Shown: one piece after another, positions 21,723-37,723 of the stretch
Layout of the letters: the number at the start of each line of letters is the position of its first letter
Position numbering within the stretch: the first letter of the stretch is position 1
NCBI RefSeq assembly: GCF_006345805.1
Contig: NC_042997.1
Location: 62,992,001-63,056,000, forward strand
Direction: 5' to 3'
DNA: 64,000 nucleotides
From: Octopus sinensis
Lineage: Eukaryota
The notes under the pieces: model-generated
Told to the model about the DNA's origin: nothing
What the model saw: only the letters and a program-made list of their open reading frames with translations
Database searches by the model: none
Made by a program: the position numbers and the translations under genes

Positions 21723-24700
21723 AGATGTGTATGGAGTAATGCTCCACACAGAGAATTCACAGTATATAGAAGAATAAAGATGAAAGAATAAAGTACAGAG
21801 TTCATCTTGTTCCAGAGGCTATTGATGTTAGTCCGTAAATCCCATTTAAATGTCTTAAATGATGCATTCAGATTGAAGTGTTTTAAATAATGCATTCAGA
21901 TTGAAGGAATAAATCAAACATAATTTCTATCGTACCTTTAGGTTCTTCCACAGGTCCAAGCGCAAGCAAAATGAACGCGCATGACACTTGCCTTTCTCCA
22001 TTCACAATCGTAACAATACGTACGCATTTCTTTCATCTATTAATACTTATTACCTCAACGTATATACTTTCGAAGATATCTAGCTGTACTAATCTTTTTA
22101 ACTGTTAATTTTGAATTTTAATTTTTAACTTTTAATTTTGAATATATTCCCTCTCCTTAAGTTAGACATCTATTTCTAGAATTTTAGCTCTCTTTACCGA
22201 CTGCTGAAGTAAAGTTAAATATTCTATTTGTAGCGAATATATTCGTCTTAGTCATCAACGTTAAAAAATCTTGTACATACATGCAAATGTTGTACATACT
22301 ATGTAAGGTGTTTTCAGTCTGTACATGTCTTGTGTTGCCAATAAATAACAGACATAAATATTTTGCTTCTTTGTCTTTGCCGAAGAAATTGAAGAAAAGT
22401 TTATTTCTTATTTCACATACGCGTAATGTCATCATATATAAAATTTGTACAAGCCATGTACTGATTTAAAATATTTTTGTGATTTCATTAGTTCAATTAT
22501 TTACAGTATTTAAATACAGTATGACTTTTTTTCCCCAGTCACTTGTTTTTTCAGCCATCATTCATTGGCGGTCAATGAATGGCCCTCACCAGCTGCATAT
22601 TCGATTTCAGTAAGAGCTTCTAACACACTGCGATAACAACATACATTAGGGAAGACAAAAATAATAGCACTAGAAATTCAAACACACATTTACTATAAGA
22701 AATTTTCAGGCGAAGGCGTGACTATGTGGTTAGTAGCTTGCTTCTCAACAACATGGTTCCGGGTTCAGTCCCACTGCGTGGGAACCTTGGGCAATTGTCT
22801 TCTACTATATCCTCAGTTGCCCAGATCAGCGTTTCAGAGAACATTCCACTGTCAAATCCTTTCCAACACTTAATAACGCCCATTGATATATATATTATTA
22901 AATAATTCTGGGAGTGGGGAGGCGAGCTGGCAGAATCGTTACCGCAGGGGAAAAATGCTTAGCGCCGTTCGGTTAACCTTTACCTTCTGAGTTCAAATGC
23001 CGCCGAGGTCGACTTTACCTTTGATCCTGGCGGGGTCAGTAAAATATGTAGCAGTAGAGGCCTGGGGTCGATGTAATTGACTACCGCCAACCACTAAAAT
23101 CCAGGCCTTTTGCCTATAGTTGAAAGGAATATTAAATAACTCTAGGGCGGTGAGTTGGAAGAGTTTTTATCACGCTAGGCAAAATACTGAGCAGCTTTAC
23201 GTCTGTCTTTACATTCTGAATTCAAAATCCACCGAGGTCGACTATACCTTTCATCATTTCCAGGACTATTTGAGCACAGGGGTCAATGTAATCGACTTAT
23301 TCCTACACTCGAAATTGTTGGCCTTATACCAAAATTAGAAACCAATATCGAGCAACTCAGTTTTCATCTAAGTCACTCACCTTTGACCCACATGTAGTTC
23401 GTATTTCTTTCAAAAACATAATATTCTCCTCTAAATATTTATTTAATCTAAGTCTGAAATATTTTATGTATAAGCAGACTAAGTACACAGTCGTGTTCAC
23501 ATGGTTTAACAGATTTCAACATTTCAACATAAGTATCTGTGATTTTTAAGACATTTTGGGTAGTCTTAATTTTTTTTCTGTCTTTTAGCTAATCACTTAT
23601 ACCTTATCTAAACAGTTGTATGTATTCCCAGCATAATAAACATTTTTACTTCTTACAGATTGTATTAGTTCCAAAAGTACTTTTGTACAATTCTACATAT
23701 ATAAGAAGACATATATAGACAGTAATTCAAGGGAGGCATTAGCTAAAATATTTGCTTTTTCTAAATCTCAGAGATATAGAATCTGATTGAAATTTTCTTG
23801 ACTCATCTTCACATAAATATTTTTATTTGTTATTTGTTTCAGCCATTTGACTGCGGCCATGCTTGAAGGGTTTTTAGTCGAACAAATCGACTACAGGGAC
23901 TTATTTTTTAAGCCTAGAACTACTTTATAGATCTTTTTTACCGAACCGTTAGATTAGGGTGACCTAAATACACCAACACCGGTTGTCAAGTGGCGAACAA
24001 ACAGAAACAGAAAGACACACACACATAGATAGATACATAGATAGATAGATAGATAGATAGATAGGTAGGTAGGTAGATAGATAGATAGGTAGGTAGGTAA
24101 GTAGGTAGGCAGGTAGGTAGGTAGGTGGGTGAGTAGATAGATAGATAGATAGATCAAAATAGTTTGATTTAGACTCATTGGTCCTCTGCGTTTTCAGCGT
24201 GAGGCTAGTCTTCGTCAATGAGAGTTCGATTGAAGAGATTCAATGTATATTGCTGGACATTAGCTTGCGGTTGGTCGAGAAAGGTCACGCAGTAGAGCAG
24301 TTTAGTGTCGGTACTTCAGCAACAACAATTAGTTGGAAAATATTGCATGGTGAACAGAAAATCGACCACTTGGTGGACAAGAAATCGGTCGTGTTTTGGG
24401 GGGCAAGTATGAATGGGCAGTAGATGAAGGGGTATATATGTATATACGCACATATATATGCCCATATATCTGCGTGTATGCATCCGTACTTATACGAGTG
24501 TGTATGTGCGTACATTCACATATACGCGCGCGTGCATACACACATACACAAGTGCGCACACACATACACGCACACATGGACACTCACCCATGCGTACACA
24601 CCTTTACATCCCTGTACATATGCACATGAGCATACGCACACGCGCGAGCACACAAGTGTACACATGCACATACATGCACACGCACGGGTGCACATAATAA

Positions 24701-25152
24701 TGGACGTGCACGCACATGTACGCCCGCGCGTACACACGTCTGTTCATATGCATATGGTGAGCAGATGTATATGCGCAGCCATGGACATGAGCGCGCGCAC
24801 GTATACTCGTGTGGTCATGCACAACGGGTGATGTACAAGGGATGAAAATGTGCGGGTAGACAAGCATGGAGAAGTCTCTTAGGAATTTAATGTTCCTTCC
24901 ACACTGACCTAGATTTTCTGTCACCATTGAAATAGACTGACCTTTCTCTTTAGTGTCAATCTGTCTTTGTTCTTTTTACACACCCCAAATTTTTTTTTTC
25001 TTCTTCTGTTCTTTTCTCCAGCTAATTAGCTTCCTTGACCTACCCTAATACCATTCCTACCACTAAATAATTTTTTTCTTGCAACAGTTAGATGCGAACT
25101 TAATTGTGGTTTGACTGACATCTTTCTTCATGTTTCCTGAAATTTATATCCT

Positions 25153-25487
25153 CAACTTTATCGGTATATTTACCTTCTCTGAGATGTCACTAATTAATCT
25201 GAGAACTTTACATTGTTGGAAAGCATATATGAACTCAATCCTGATTTACTTGGCATCTTGCTTCAAGTTCCTGAAACTCACACCTACAACTTTATCGGTA
25301 TATTTACACTCTCTAAGATGTTACTAATTGGTTTGAGAATTTTACATTATTGGAAAACCTATATGATATTACCTGAAGATTACTTGACATATTATATTTG
25401 GTGTAATATTTGCAGCTTTAATAAATTGTTATAGTATGAAACAATTGTACTAAATTACCGGATCCATTCTTGTTGCTTATTTTTTGG

Positions 25488-25490
<3 letters not shown>
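25153..25490 (+). mobile_element. Tandem ~134 bp Penelope-terminus-like repeats
   Basis: caactttatcggtatatttac starts at 25153 and 25287. Together the copies give CTGAAGAT-TACTTG..CAAGT..GAAAC. The 3' end matches the 6420-6480 repeat. Confidence 0.5.
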
Positions 25491-25556
<66 letters not shown>

Positions 25557-25689
25557 AGTGAATAGACAAGCGCAAGAGGGCACTCAACACATTTATCTGG
25601 AGTTACATGTATATATCAGAATAGTTTTATTCAGAAGCCTTGGTATTCTGAGTTTCAAACGTATGGCTAGTTTCGGCCATTGTGGTTAT

Positions 25690-26050
25690 CCTGCCTCTCA
25701 AGAATTGTAGTATACAGAGTCACTCTTACACTACAGAGGCACGACAGCCAATGACTTCAAGGAAGTTATTCCCAGCACTTGCATTCATTTACATCCAAAG
25801 ACAGAGAGAACTCCACTTCCCTGTCGTGCTTTTTCTGGAGACTTCGTGACCTCCGAGATGAAACTCCTAGCATCAAGTGGACTATTATCTACAAGGCGTC
25901 ACCATATTCACCCGGCGCCCCTAATTGTTGTGATTCCGTGAGAAACTGCATATCATCTACCAAAACGCAGTATCCATCAACAAGAAATATGAAGAATCCT
26001 ATTACTGTCATCAGATGAACACCCTTCTGGTAAATTTCAAGCCACTGGCC
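25690..26050 (+). mobile_element. Penelope-like element GIY-YIG/C-terminal remnant
   Basis: Frameshifted CLSRIVVY...YRGTTANDFKE / YSQHLHSFTSKDRENSTSLS..WRLRDLRDETPSIKWTIIYKASPYSPGAPNC / EKLHIIY...INKKYE...C. Matches the PLE pattern H..SF....N.T.LS.YIW.LK....IKW.I..KA.PY...C.LC..EK..I. Confidence 0.8.
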
Positions 26051-26853
26051 GCCGATAACCCGAATGTACCAGTCACCCACCCGTCACAAATTAACCCCCA
26101 TGAACAGCACTGTAAATTGACCAATCCCCAACACTTCCCCATACCTGTCTACCCGCACATTTTCATCCCTTGTACATCACTCGTTGTGCATGACCACACG
26201 AGTATACGTGCGCGCGCTCATGTCCATGGCTGCGGATATACATCTGCTCACCGTATGCATATGAACAGACGTGTGTACGCGCGGGCGTACATGTGCGTGC
26301 ACGTACATTATTATGTGCACCCGTGCGTGTGCATGTATGTGCATGTGTACACTTGTGTGCTCGCGCGTGTGCGTATGCTCATGTGCATATGTACATGGAT
26401 ATAAAGGTGTGTATGCATGGGTGAGTGTCCATGTGTGCGTGTATGTGTGTGCGCACTTGTGTATGTGCGTATGCACGCGCGCGTATATGTGAATGTACGC
26501 ACATACACACTCGTATAAGTACGGATGCATACACGCAGATATATGGGCATATACATGTACGTATATACATATATACCCCTTCATCTACTGCCCATTCATA
26601 CTTGGCCCCAAAACACGACCGATTTCTTGTCCACCAAGTGGTCGATTTTCTGTTCACCATGCAATATTTTCCAACTAATTGTTGTTGCTGAAATACCGAC
26701 ACTAAACTGCTCTAACGCGTGACCTTTCTCGACCAACCGCAAGCTAATGTCCAGCAATATGCATTGACTCTCTTCAATCGAACTCTCATTGACCGAAGAC
26801 TAGCCTCACGCTGGAAACACAGAGTACCAATGAGTCTGAATCAAACTATTTTG

Positions 26854-26963
<110 letters not shown>

Positions 26964-28129
26964 GCGTGTGTGTCTTTCTGTTTCTGTTTGTTCACCACTT
27001 GACAACCGATGTTGGTGTATTTAGGTCACCCTAACTTAGCGGTTCGGTTAAAAAGACCTATGAAGTAGTTCTAGGCTTAAAAATAAGTCCCTGTAGTCGA
27101 TTTGTTCGACTAAAAACCCTTCAAGCATGGCCGTAGTCAAATGGCTAAAACAAATAACAAATAAAAATGTTTATATGAAGATGAGTCAAGAAAATTTCAA
27201 TTAGATTCTATATCTCTCAGATTTAGAAACAGCAAATATTTTAGCTAATGCCTCCCTTGAATTACTGTCTATATATCTTCATATATATGTAGAATTGTAT
27301 AAAAGTACTTTTGGAACTAATACAATCTGTAAGAAGTAAAAATGTTTATTATGCTGGGAATACATACAACTGTTTAGATAAGGTATAAGTGATTAGCTAA
27401 GAGACAGAAAAAAAATTAAGACTACCCAAAATGTCTTAAAAATCACAGATACTTATGTTGAAATGTTGAAATCTGTTAAACCATGTGAACACGACTGTGT
27501 ACTTAGTCTGCTTATACATAAAATATTTCAGACTTAGATTAAATAAATATTTAGAGAAGAATATCATGTTTTTGAAAGAAATACGAACAACATGTGGGTG
27601 AAAGGTGAGTGACTTAGATGAAAACTGAGGTGTTCGATATTGGTTTCTAATTTTGGTATAAGGCCAACAATTTCGAGTGTAGGAGTAAGTCGATTACATT
27701 GACCCCTGTGCTCAAATAGTCCTGGAAATGATGAAAGGTATAGTCGACCTCGGTGGATTTTGAATTCAGAATGTAAAGACAGACGTAAAGCTGCTCAGTA
27801 TTTTGCCTAGCGTGATAACAACTCTTCCAACTCACCGCCCTAGAGTTATTTAATATTCCTTTCAAATATAGGCAAAAGGCCTGGATTTTAGTGGTTGGCT
27901 GGGTGGGCGGTAGTCGATTACATCGACCCCAGGACTCTACTGCTACATTTGAACTCAGAAGGTAAAGGTGAACCGAACGGCGCTAAGCATTTTTCCCAGT
28001 GCGGTAACGATTCTGCCAGCTCGCCTCTCCACTCCCAGAGTTATTTAATAATATATTAATCAATGGGCGTTATTATGTGTTAGAAATGATTTGTAGTTGG
28101 AATGTTCTCTGAAGCGCAGATCTGGGCAA

Positions 28130-28340
28130 CATGCATGCAAGTCTTCTCTCTCCAGACAACCGATATTATCCAAAGAATAGGCAACGTCAATAGATCTTGT
28201 CACTAGTGTTATTATCAGGACACAGAATGCCGGAGCACGTTCTACAAGGTATCTTGTTCGGCACTGTAACCATTTTCCCAGTCCATTTTCTTGGATTAGT
28301 AACTTTGTATAGATCCTGAAGACGAATGACAAATGTGACT
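28130..28340 (-). mobile_element. Helitron PIF1-like helicase remnant
   Basis: Frameshifted FVF...YLVERA / ILCPDNNTSDKI / RLSGE resembles the ERAIL(A/C)P.N..VD.IN....LPGE helicase motif. Confidence 0.5.
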
Positions 28341-28398
28341 GCGGCGAGATTTGAGCCCTGAGTATAAAGAATATAACCGCATGGCAGTCTACCCAACA

Positions 28399-28477
<79 letters not shown>

Positions 28478-28519
28478 CCAAGTATATAAAAGTTTGGAAA
28501 TATTTTGCAGAAAATAAGA

Positions 28520-28735
28520 CGGTGAGCTGGCAGAATCGTTAGCCCTGTGGGCAAAATTCTTAGCATTATTTCGACCGTCTTTACGTTCTGAGTTCAAATT
28601 CTGCCGTGGTCGACTTTATCTTTCGTCATGTGGGGCTTCATAAAATAAGTACATATTGAATGCTGGAGTTGATGTAATCTACTTACCTCCTCCTCTGAAA
28701 TAACTGGCCTTGTACGAAAATTTGAAACAAAATTT
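28520..28735 (+). mobile_element. SINE family B
   Basis: ggtgagctggcagaatcgttagc...ttacgttctgagttcaaattc...ggccttgt. Other copies at 22917-23350 (and mirror 27640-28030), 37080-37275 and 54375-54490. Confidence 0.8.
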
Positions 28736-29047
28736 TGCGAAAATATACAGATTGTAGGAAAAGTAAAACAACAGCCGAATAACTAAAACTTATAGGAAGT
28801 GGCCTAAACATTTTGATCGGACTTCTATTTCACACTTTGATGTTATTTATGAGAATTAGAAAAATTAAAACCGTAGAAATAATTATTGAAGTGTGTATTT
28901 AGAAAATATACAAGATGCTTCTATGACTGAGATAGTCAAGAACTGAAGAAGCTGTTATTAAAAACGTGATAGGCAACAAGTAATAACTGGTTTCATTTCA
29001 AGAATTATTAATATATACGCACACATATATATACTCTCTTTTTACTC

Positions 29048-29250
29048 TCTTTTACTTGTTTCAGTCATTTGACTGCGGCCATGCTGGAGCACCGCCTTTA
29101 ATCGAGCAACTCGACCCCGGGACTTATTCTTTTTGTAAGCCCAGTACTTATTCTATCGGTCTCTTTTGTCGAACCGCTAAGTAACGGGGACATAAACACA
29201 CCAGCATCGGTTGTCAAGCAATGCTAGGGGGACAAACACAGACACACACA

Positions 29251-29328
<78 letters not shown>

Positions 29329-29389
29329 TACGACGGGCTTCTTTTCAGTTTCCGTCTACCAAATCCACTCACAGGGCTTTGGTCGGCCG
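29048..29389 (-). mobile_element. SINE family A, well-preserved copy lacking its tRNA head
   Basis: tttacttgtttcagtcatttgactgcggccatgctggagcaccgcc...internal (AT)n...aaatccactcacagggctttggtcggcc. Confidence 0.9.
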
Positions 29390-29440
29390 TACACACAGTT
29401 ATATTCATATATATATACATATATATATATATACATACAG

Positions 29441-31737
<2,297 letters not shown>

Positions 31738-31746
31738 ATACATACA

Positions 31747-31784
<38 letters not shown>

Positions 31785-31825
31785 CATACATATATACATA
31801 TATATACACACACACATATATATAT

Positions 31826-31866
<41 letters not shown>

Positions 31867-33379
31867 CACACACACACATATATATATACATATACGTACA
31901 GATATTTATATATATACATACATACATACATACATATATATGTATATACATATACATTCATATATATACATACATATGTATATGTATGTATATATATATT
32001 GCCCCGAGGCTATAGTAGAAGATACTTGATGCAAAGTACTAAGCAGTAGTGGGACTCTACCCGAAACCTTGTGACTCAGAATGAAGCTTGTTGCAAGGCA
32101 AGGATGGAATAGATGTTTGGGAAGTTTAAATTCTGTGGAAAATGCATTTCATTTAAGTTGTGTATACAATGGTATTAGAAACAGCTTTGAAATATTAACT
32201 CATATCAATCATCAAAATATTTGTGAATATACTGTTTGAAACCACGCCATTTTCCATTATTAGCCTAACAATTTTACAAAGTGAGTTAACCAATCAAAAT
32301 ATGTTAATGGCAGCGGAAATTAATTGCCATGGATTAATTTTACTTCATGTCAGCTACAGAGATATTTCGAGGAGATTTATGCGGTGTTACGTAGCATACA
32401 ATCTCTATGCTACTGAGTATTCTCGAACTTCACAGTTAGTAGTTACTTTAACTTATCTGGGTGGATTTACTACAGTTTAGTGCAGAATTATCTGGAAATA
32501 ATCCAGTGAGAATAACCTAAATCAAAGTAAGAATGGCTGAAATTTCTGTTATATATATATATTGTAGCGCGTAGCCATTTTCATGTAGTAGCGCCAATTT
32601 GTGGTAGCTGGCAATAAGAGGTAATGTCGTATTGCCGAAGAAATATGATTGTCGTTTTCCCATTGGTTAATACAACTGCTCATATAGGAATTCTAAAAAT
32701 TAGTTAAAGAATATTTTTATGTGATTTCGATTCTTTAAAATCAAGTTGAGCAGGTATAAAAACCCTGGATTTTGGGAAAAAACTTTAGTATTTGTGGGAT
32801 GTAACTAAACTCCACGACACTCACTCCTTTGAGACATTGGTTATTTTTTTATGCCATGTCTATGAAAAATCCAACAAGACTTGTTTGAATTGTTGAGATA
32901 TATAATAGTTAGAATGAGGAATTAACTAAAATATTAAGTCGTAATTCTCTACGACAAAATTACTTTACTTCAAATTGTATATAAATATTAAAAATGCTAT
33001 ATGTATATAATATAATAATGCAGAAATTATTTTCTCTTTCTTTACGTTCTTCAACTTAATGAAACGTATTTCTGTAATTATGAAACTGTATTTTTTATAG
33101 CGGTTAAAAGAACATGAAATTCAACATATATGCCCCATTACCGTTCCAGAAAATATACTTCTCGCTATGACGTTTATGTAGCTGGAGTCAGGATTTAAGT
33201 ATAGTGATAACACTCATAAGTAAGTTATAGGTGACGGTTTTATCATTATATATCTTTACAACAAAAGCTAAATATATTTATCTATTTCCAAATAGGAAAA
33301 ATAATAAAGTAGCGTTACACTAACAGTAAACAAACCAACCAGAAAACTTACGCTATATATACTAAAATTGGGTAGTCTG

Positions 33380-33444
<65 letters not shown>

Positions 33445-33542
33445 TATATATATCTATATATATATATATATACATACATACGTACATATATGGTCATATG
33501 CTGGCAGGCGGAATCAGCCGATCATGAGTCGTTCGAGCAGTC

Positions 33543-33589
33543 GTTACTGACGATACCTACAGTATAAGTGAAACTAGATCTAGTCTGGG
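33543..33589 (+). ncRNA. Hammerhead ribozyme motif (canonical core, GUC triplet)
   Basis: CTGACGA (33547-53), stem II ACCTA/TAAGT, GAAA (33570-73), 12-nt palindrome ACTAGATCTAGT (33573-84), C17 at 33585. Confidence 0.65.
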
Positions 33590-33782
33590 AATCCTCCAGT
33601 CGGTCATGAGGTGGTTACCTCCGCTCTCAGCATACGTATCTACATTTGCGCTCCTCTTGCAGCATTAAGAATATTTTAACTCTTATTTCTGGCAATGTGG
33701 GCGCCTCGCTATCCTTAGTCACACTTAGTGACTATTGAATTTTTTCTTTATGATATCATATTGTACCTAATTGTTTATATCA

Positions 33783-33840
<58 letters not shown>

Positions 33841-33898
33841 GCTTATGCATTTGTGTTGCAAGACTACTGATGTAAAATCGTGTGTTGAAACAGATATC

Positions 33899-34239
33899 GT
33901 TGTGCTTCGGGGTGGTCATGTTTTTGTGCCAAATAAACAAATGCACTATATATTTGTTCTTCACTTGTTTTTTCGAACTCATGTCCGTTGTCCAGAAATC
34001 TTTCATCGCACATCTGGGACCTCTTCAGCGACACTTTTCATTTTCGTGTGTGGTCTTGCTCCACTTACTTGAAGAGCACACACGGAAACGAAAATTGTCT
34101 CTGAAGAGGTTACAGATGTGTGACGAAAAGTTTCCTGACAGCGGACATGAGTTTGAATAAAAATAGTAATAGACGAGCGAAGAACAAATATATAGTCAAT
34201 GTTTTTATTTGGCAAAAGAATGGCCATCCGAAATACAGC
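33899..34239. repeat. Old fold-back inverted duplication (arms ~33899-34057 / 34072-34239, 14 nt loop) with a hammerhead-like motif in each arm
   Basis: CTGAAGA-G-GTTACA-gatg-TGTGAC-GAAA at 34101 (+) and CTGAAGA-G-GTCCCA-gatg-TGCGAT-GAAA at 34028-34001 (-). Arms are ~75-80% identical by eye. Confidence 0.8.
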
Positions 34240-37200
34240 ATTGCACACACACACTCACACACATACACACGCACACACACATACATACACATACATACAT
34301 ATAATGTCACTGCCTGTTGCCCGTCGTTGGTCGGGTTGACTGTACTGTTCTGTTTAGGAACAAAATGCCTTTGGACTTGAGGAGAGCAGTTGGAGTGGTC
34401 CCCCAACCCAACTAGACTGCCTTTCTGGGCCTCCACGTCAAGTATAACAAGTGGTATGTAAAAGTCTAATGAGTGTAATGACCCACGGTGGTGGGTCAGA
34501 ATCACAATCACAAAGACACACTAATAAATACAAAAACACACACACACACACATTCCTCGTCTTTCACGTAGTTTCCCTTTACCAAAGTCAGTCACAAGAC
34601 ATTGGTCAGCCTATAGTTATAAAAAGAAACTGCTTGCCAGAAGGGCTGCGAATCGGGACTGAAATGAAACCACGTGACTGCAAAGCGAGCATCTTAACTG
34701 CAAAACCATGTATGGGTCTAAAAAGTCTGATGCTCTACCAGTTTAATTAAAAAAAAATTGTTTTTATGATTTCATAAGAGAGAAAGGGTGATCACCAATG
34801 ACTAATGCGGGCCTTTGAACCTGGTGAGGACGATGCTGTTGCTATTCAGCTTGAGCATTTTTTTAAAGTTAACGAATGCGGAGGGAAACGAAAATGGAGA
34901 AATATGGAGAAAAAATTGACATAATTATAGTTATAAATACCTAAACCATTGTTGCATGATAAATACACGTGTTGAAATGCATAAAATCTTATAGAAACCG
35001 TTGTTTAGAAATAAACATGAAACTCTTATAAATTGAAGATATACAAAGCATTTAAAAGTTCAGAAATATAGTATTACATAGAGATATGTTGACAGCATAT
35101 AAAACATAAATCTCAGCATAACATTTCAAACACGGTAATTATGGTGTAATATATCTAACATTATAGTACTAGTCTCTGTTGGAGTCGGTTTGGAATGAAT
35201 AACAGTTTGGAAGCAAATAACAATTTGTTTGACATTACCATATTTTTATGTGTTTGTATACAAGACATGTATGAGAAAATATACATAAATGGTTTTAGAA
35301 TATTTTTAGATATTGAAAAATTATGTCCAAACAACTATGCTAGGTTGAAATTAATGTTGTAAGATTTGATATATGATTGACAAAAATAAATTGTTTGTGA
35401 ATCTATCATAAGAAGAATGTAATTTGTAGATTTCCTTTTAAGATTAATGTGAATAAAAATGCAAGAGCTACATATAAAACATGTCTTCCTCTTTCTTCCT
35501 TGTTGTTTGCATTAATCTTGTTTAAACCAAACATAAAAGTGGCTTTTATGGAAAGACCCTACCTGTGGCCATAATTCAAAATCTGCTTTGAAGATAAGGG
35601 TACACTTTTTAAAGAAGTATTTTACCCACCCCTCTACGTCACGAAAAGATACTGTATCATTTCCTTTCTCCAAAAGCTTATTCGGCGGGATTAAACTCTG
35701 AAAGTAAAGGGACGTAACTAATTGGAGGAGGAGATTAATCGATATCATCGATCCAGTACTTGACTGGTAATTTATTTATTGGCCCCGAAAAAATGAGAGG
35801 CTAATTTCACAGCGGGGAAATTTGAACTCACAGCACTAACCGGGAAGAAATTCCACTAAGCATTATGCCGGAATTTCTACAGATTCTGCCAAATCCCCCC
35901 CTATTACTAATGGTTTCTTACTTAGCACAGGCAAGGATTCTTTTTTGAAGGAATGGGAATATTCTCGAGATTATACCATTGCGAATGAAGAAAGGCACAA
36001 TTAATCTTTCGTAAGTCGAGCTTAGAACACAACGTAATTAAAAGCCGCTAGTTCTTTTGTTCGATACCTAACCAGTTTGCTACTCTGTATTGCTCTGCAA
36101 TAGTTTTAGGAAAAAAAGCCATAATTTATTCGACAGAGAACCATCGACGCATATTAAAATATTTGTAATTAACTAAAAATGGGGTTACATCTAAACTATT
36201 AAAGATGATTTGTCCATCCAACCATCTTTTCTCTGATATTGCTGATTGACTGAGATAAGGTGACAGTGGAGTTATGACGGTATGATGGTGATTGTAATGT
36301 TGTTAGTGACAATTAAATACAAACAATGTAACAATAGCAAAAACAAAGAAGAAAAACAACCCAAGATAAAATTAATGACGAAGAAAAGGCAAAAGGAGCA
36401 ATTAATGAATTATGTTTGGAGAAAAATACAAACTTTATGTGCAATAATTCAATAATATCGTGTTAGAATCCAACTGATCTCTCATCTGCAGTCATAACAA
36501 AGTTCAAACAAAGCCATGAATACTAAATAAAATGCCATAATTCATTAAATACTTCTTGCATTTATACACTTTTACACGACTCACCATCTGTTTGTGGAGT
36601 GTACAGAAGTAGACATTTTATTGTGACTATATATTTTGGTTCAGTTTTTAAAGATGAGATTAATTATTTACTTGTGAAATTTCAGCTATGCGTTATCTCT
36701 GAAGAAAAGGTTATTTACTCAAGTATAACATTTCTTTTGTGATAAACTTATTTGAAATCATTGATTGCCTCTAAAGTGGGAACATTGCAAGATTTAAGAA
36801 GTTACAACCATCATTTTGTATTTTTAGACAAAAGACGACGGAATACAGAATCCGCAGTGTCGAACAAATGTCCTGCGGTATATAGTGTTATCCATTTATA
36901 ATCTAAGGTTGACTTGGCTTTTTTATAAAAAGGAGGTTGATAAAATAATGTATAAGTAGCAGAGTGAATTAAATACTGGGTCTGAATATACGCCTTCATT
37001 ATAATGTGGCACCTTAAGTCTGCGTTAAAAGTCTGTATAAGTCGTAATATCAATATTCGTAGAACAGAAGGCAGAACTGATAGCACGGTGGGCAAAATGC
37101 TTTATGAAATTTCGTCCGTCTTTAAGTTCTGGGTTCAGATTTCACCGAGGTCGACTCTTCATTTCATCATTTCGGGGTCGATAAAATAAGTACCATTTGA

Positions 37201-37589
37201 ACACTTAAGTCGATGTAATTGACTTATCCCCTCCCCTGGACTTGCTGGCTTAGTTTCAAACTTTGAAACTAATATTCGTGGAACAATGATATAAGTAAAT
37301 GAATTGACATGTGTTTATTAAGATGTCTAATATTTCAGTGGTCCTGAAAAAAACATTGCAACTAGATTTGAATGCGATGACTAAATGTCTCACTATACTT
37401 AAAACTACAAAGCAGTATATTTTGGTCAAAAAAATCCTCGGCTTATAGTGTAACCAAACTAATTATTATGAAACAAATTTGAAACTGTAATACATATATA
37501 ATATCTGTGTGATCCGCATGTCACTTTCAGTGGCATTAGCGAAGCACTTTGAACGATTTCTTTGCTGCTTAGATTGCGTAATTTATTAG

Positions 37590-37681
37590 ATCCATCCATC
37601 CATCCATCCATCCATCCATCCATCCATCCATCCATCCATCCATCCATCCATCCATCCATCCATCCATCCATCCATCCATCC

Positions 37682-37721
<40 letters not shown>
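37590..37721. repeat. Compound (CCAT)n-(CTAT)n microsatellite (other (ATCT)n tracts: 26855-26962, 28401-28457, 57850-57975, 62385-62499)
   Basis: Seen directly. Confidence 0.95.

Positions 37722-37723
<2 letters not shown>

Noticed and set aside
36585-36616. Possible first coding exon ATG...ATG|GTGAGT on the minus strand
   Set aside because: A single strong donor can arise by chance in 64 kb; no partner exon identified.
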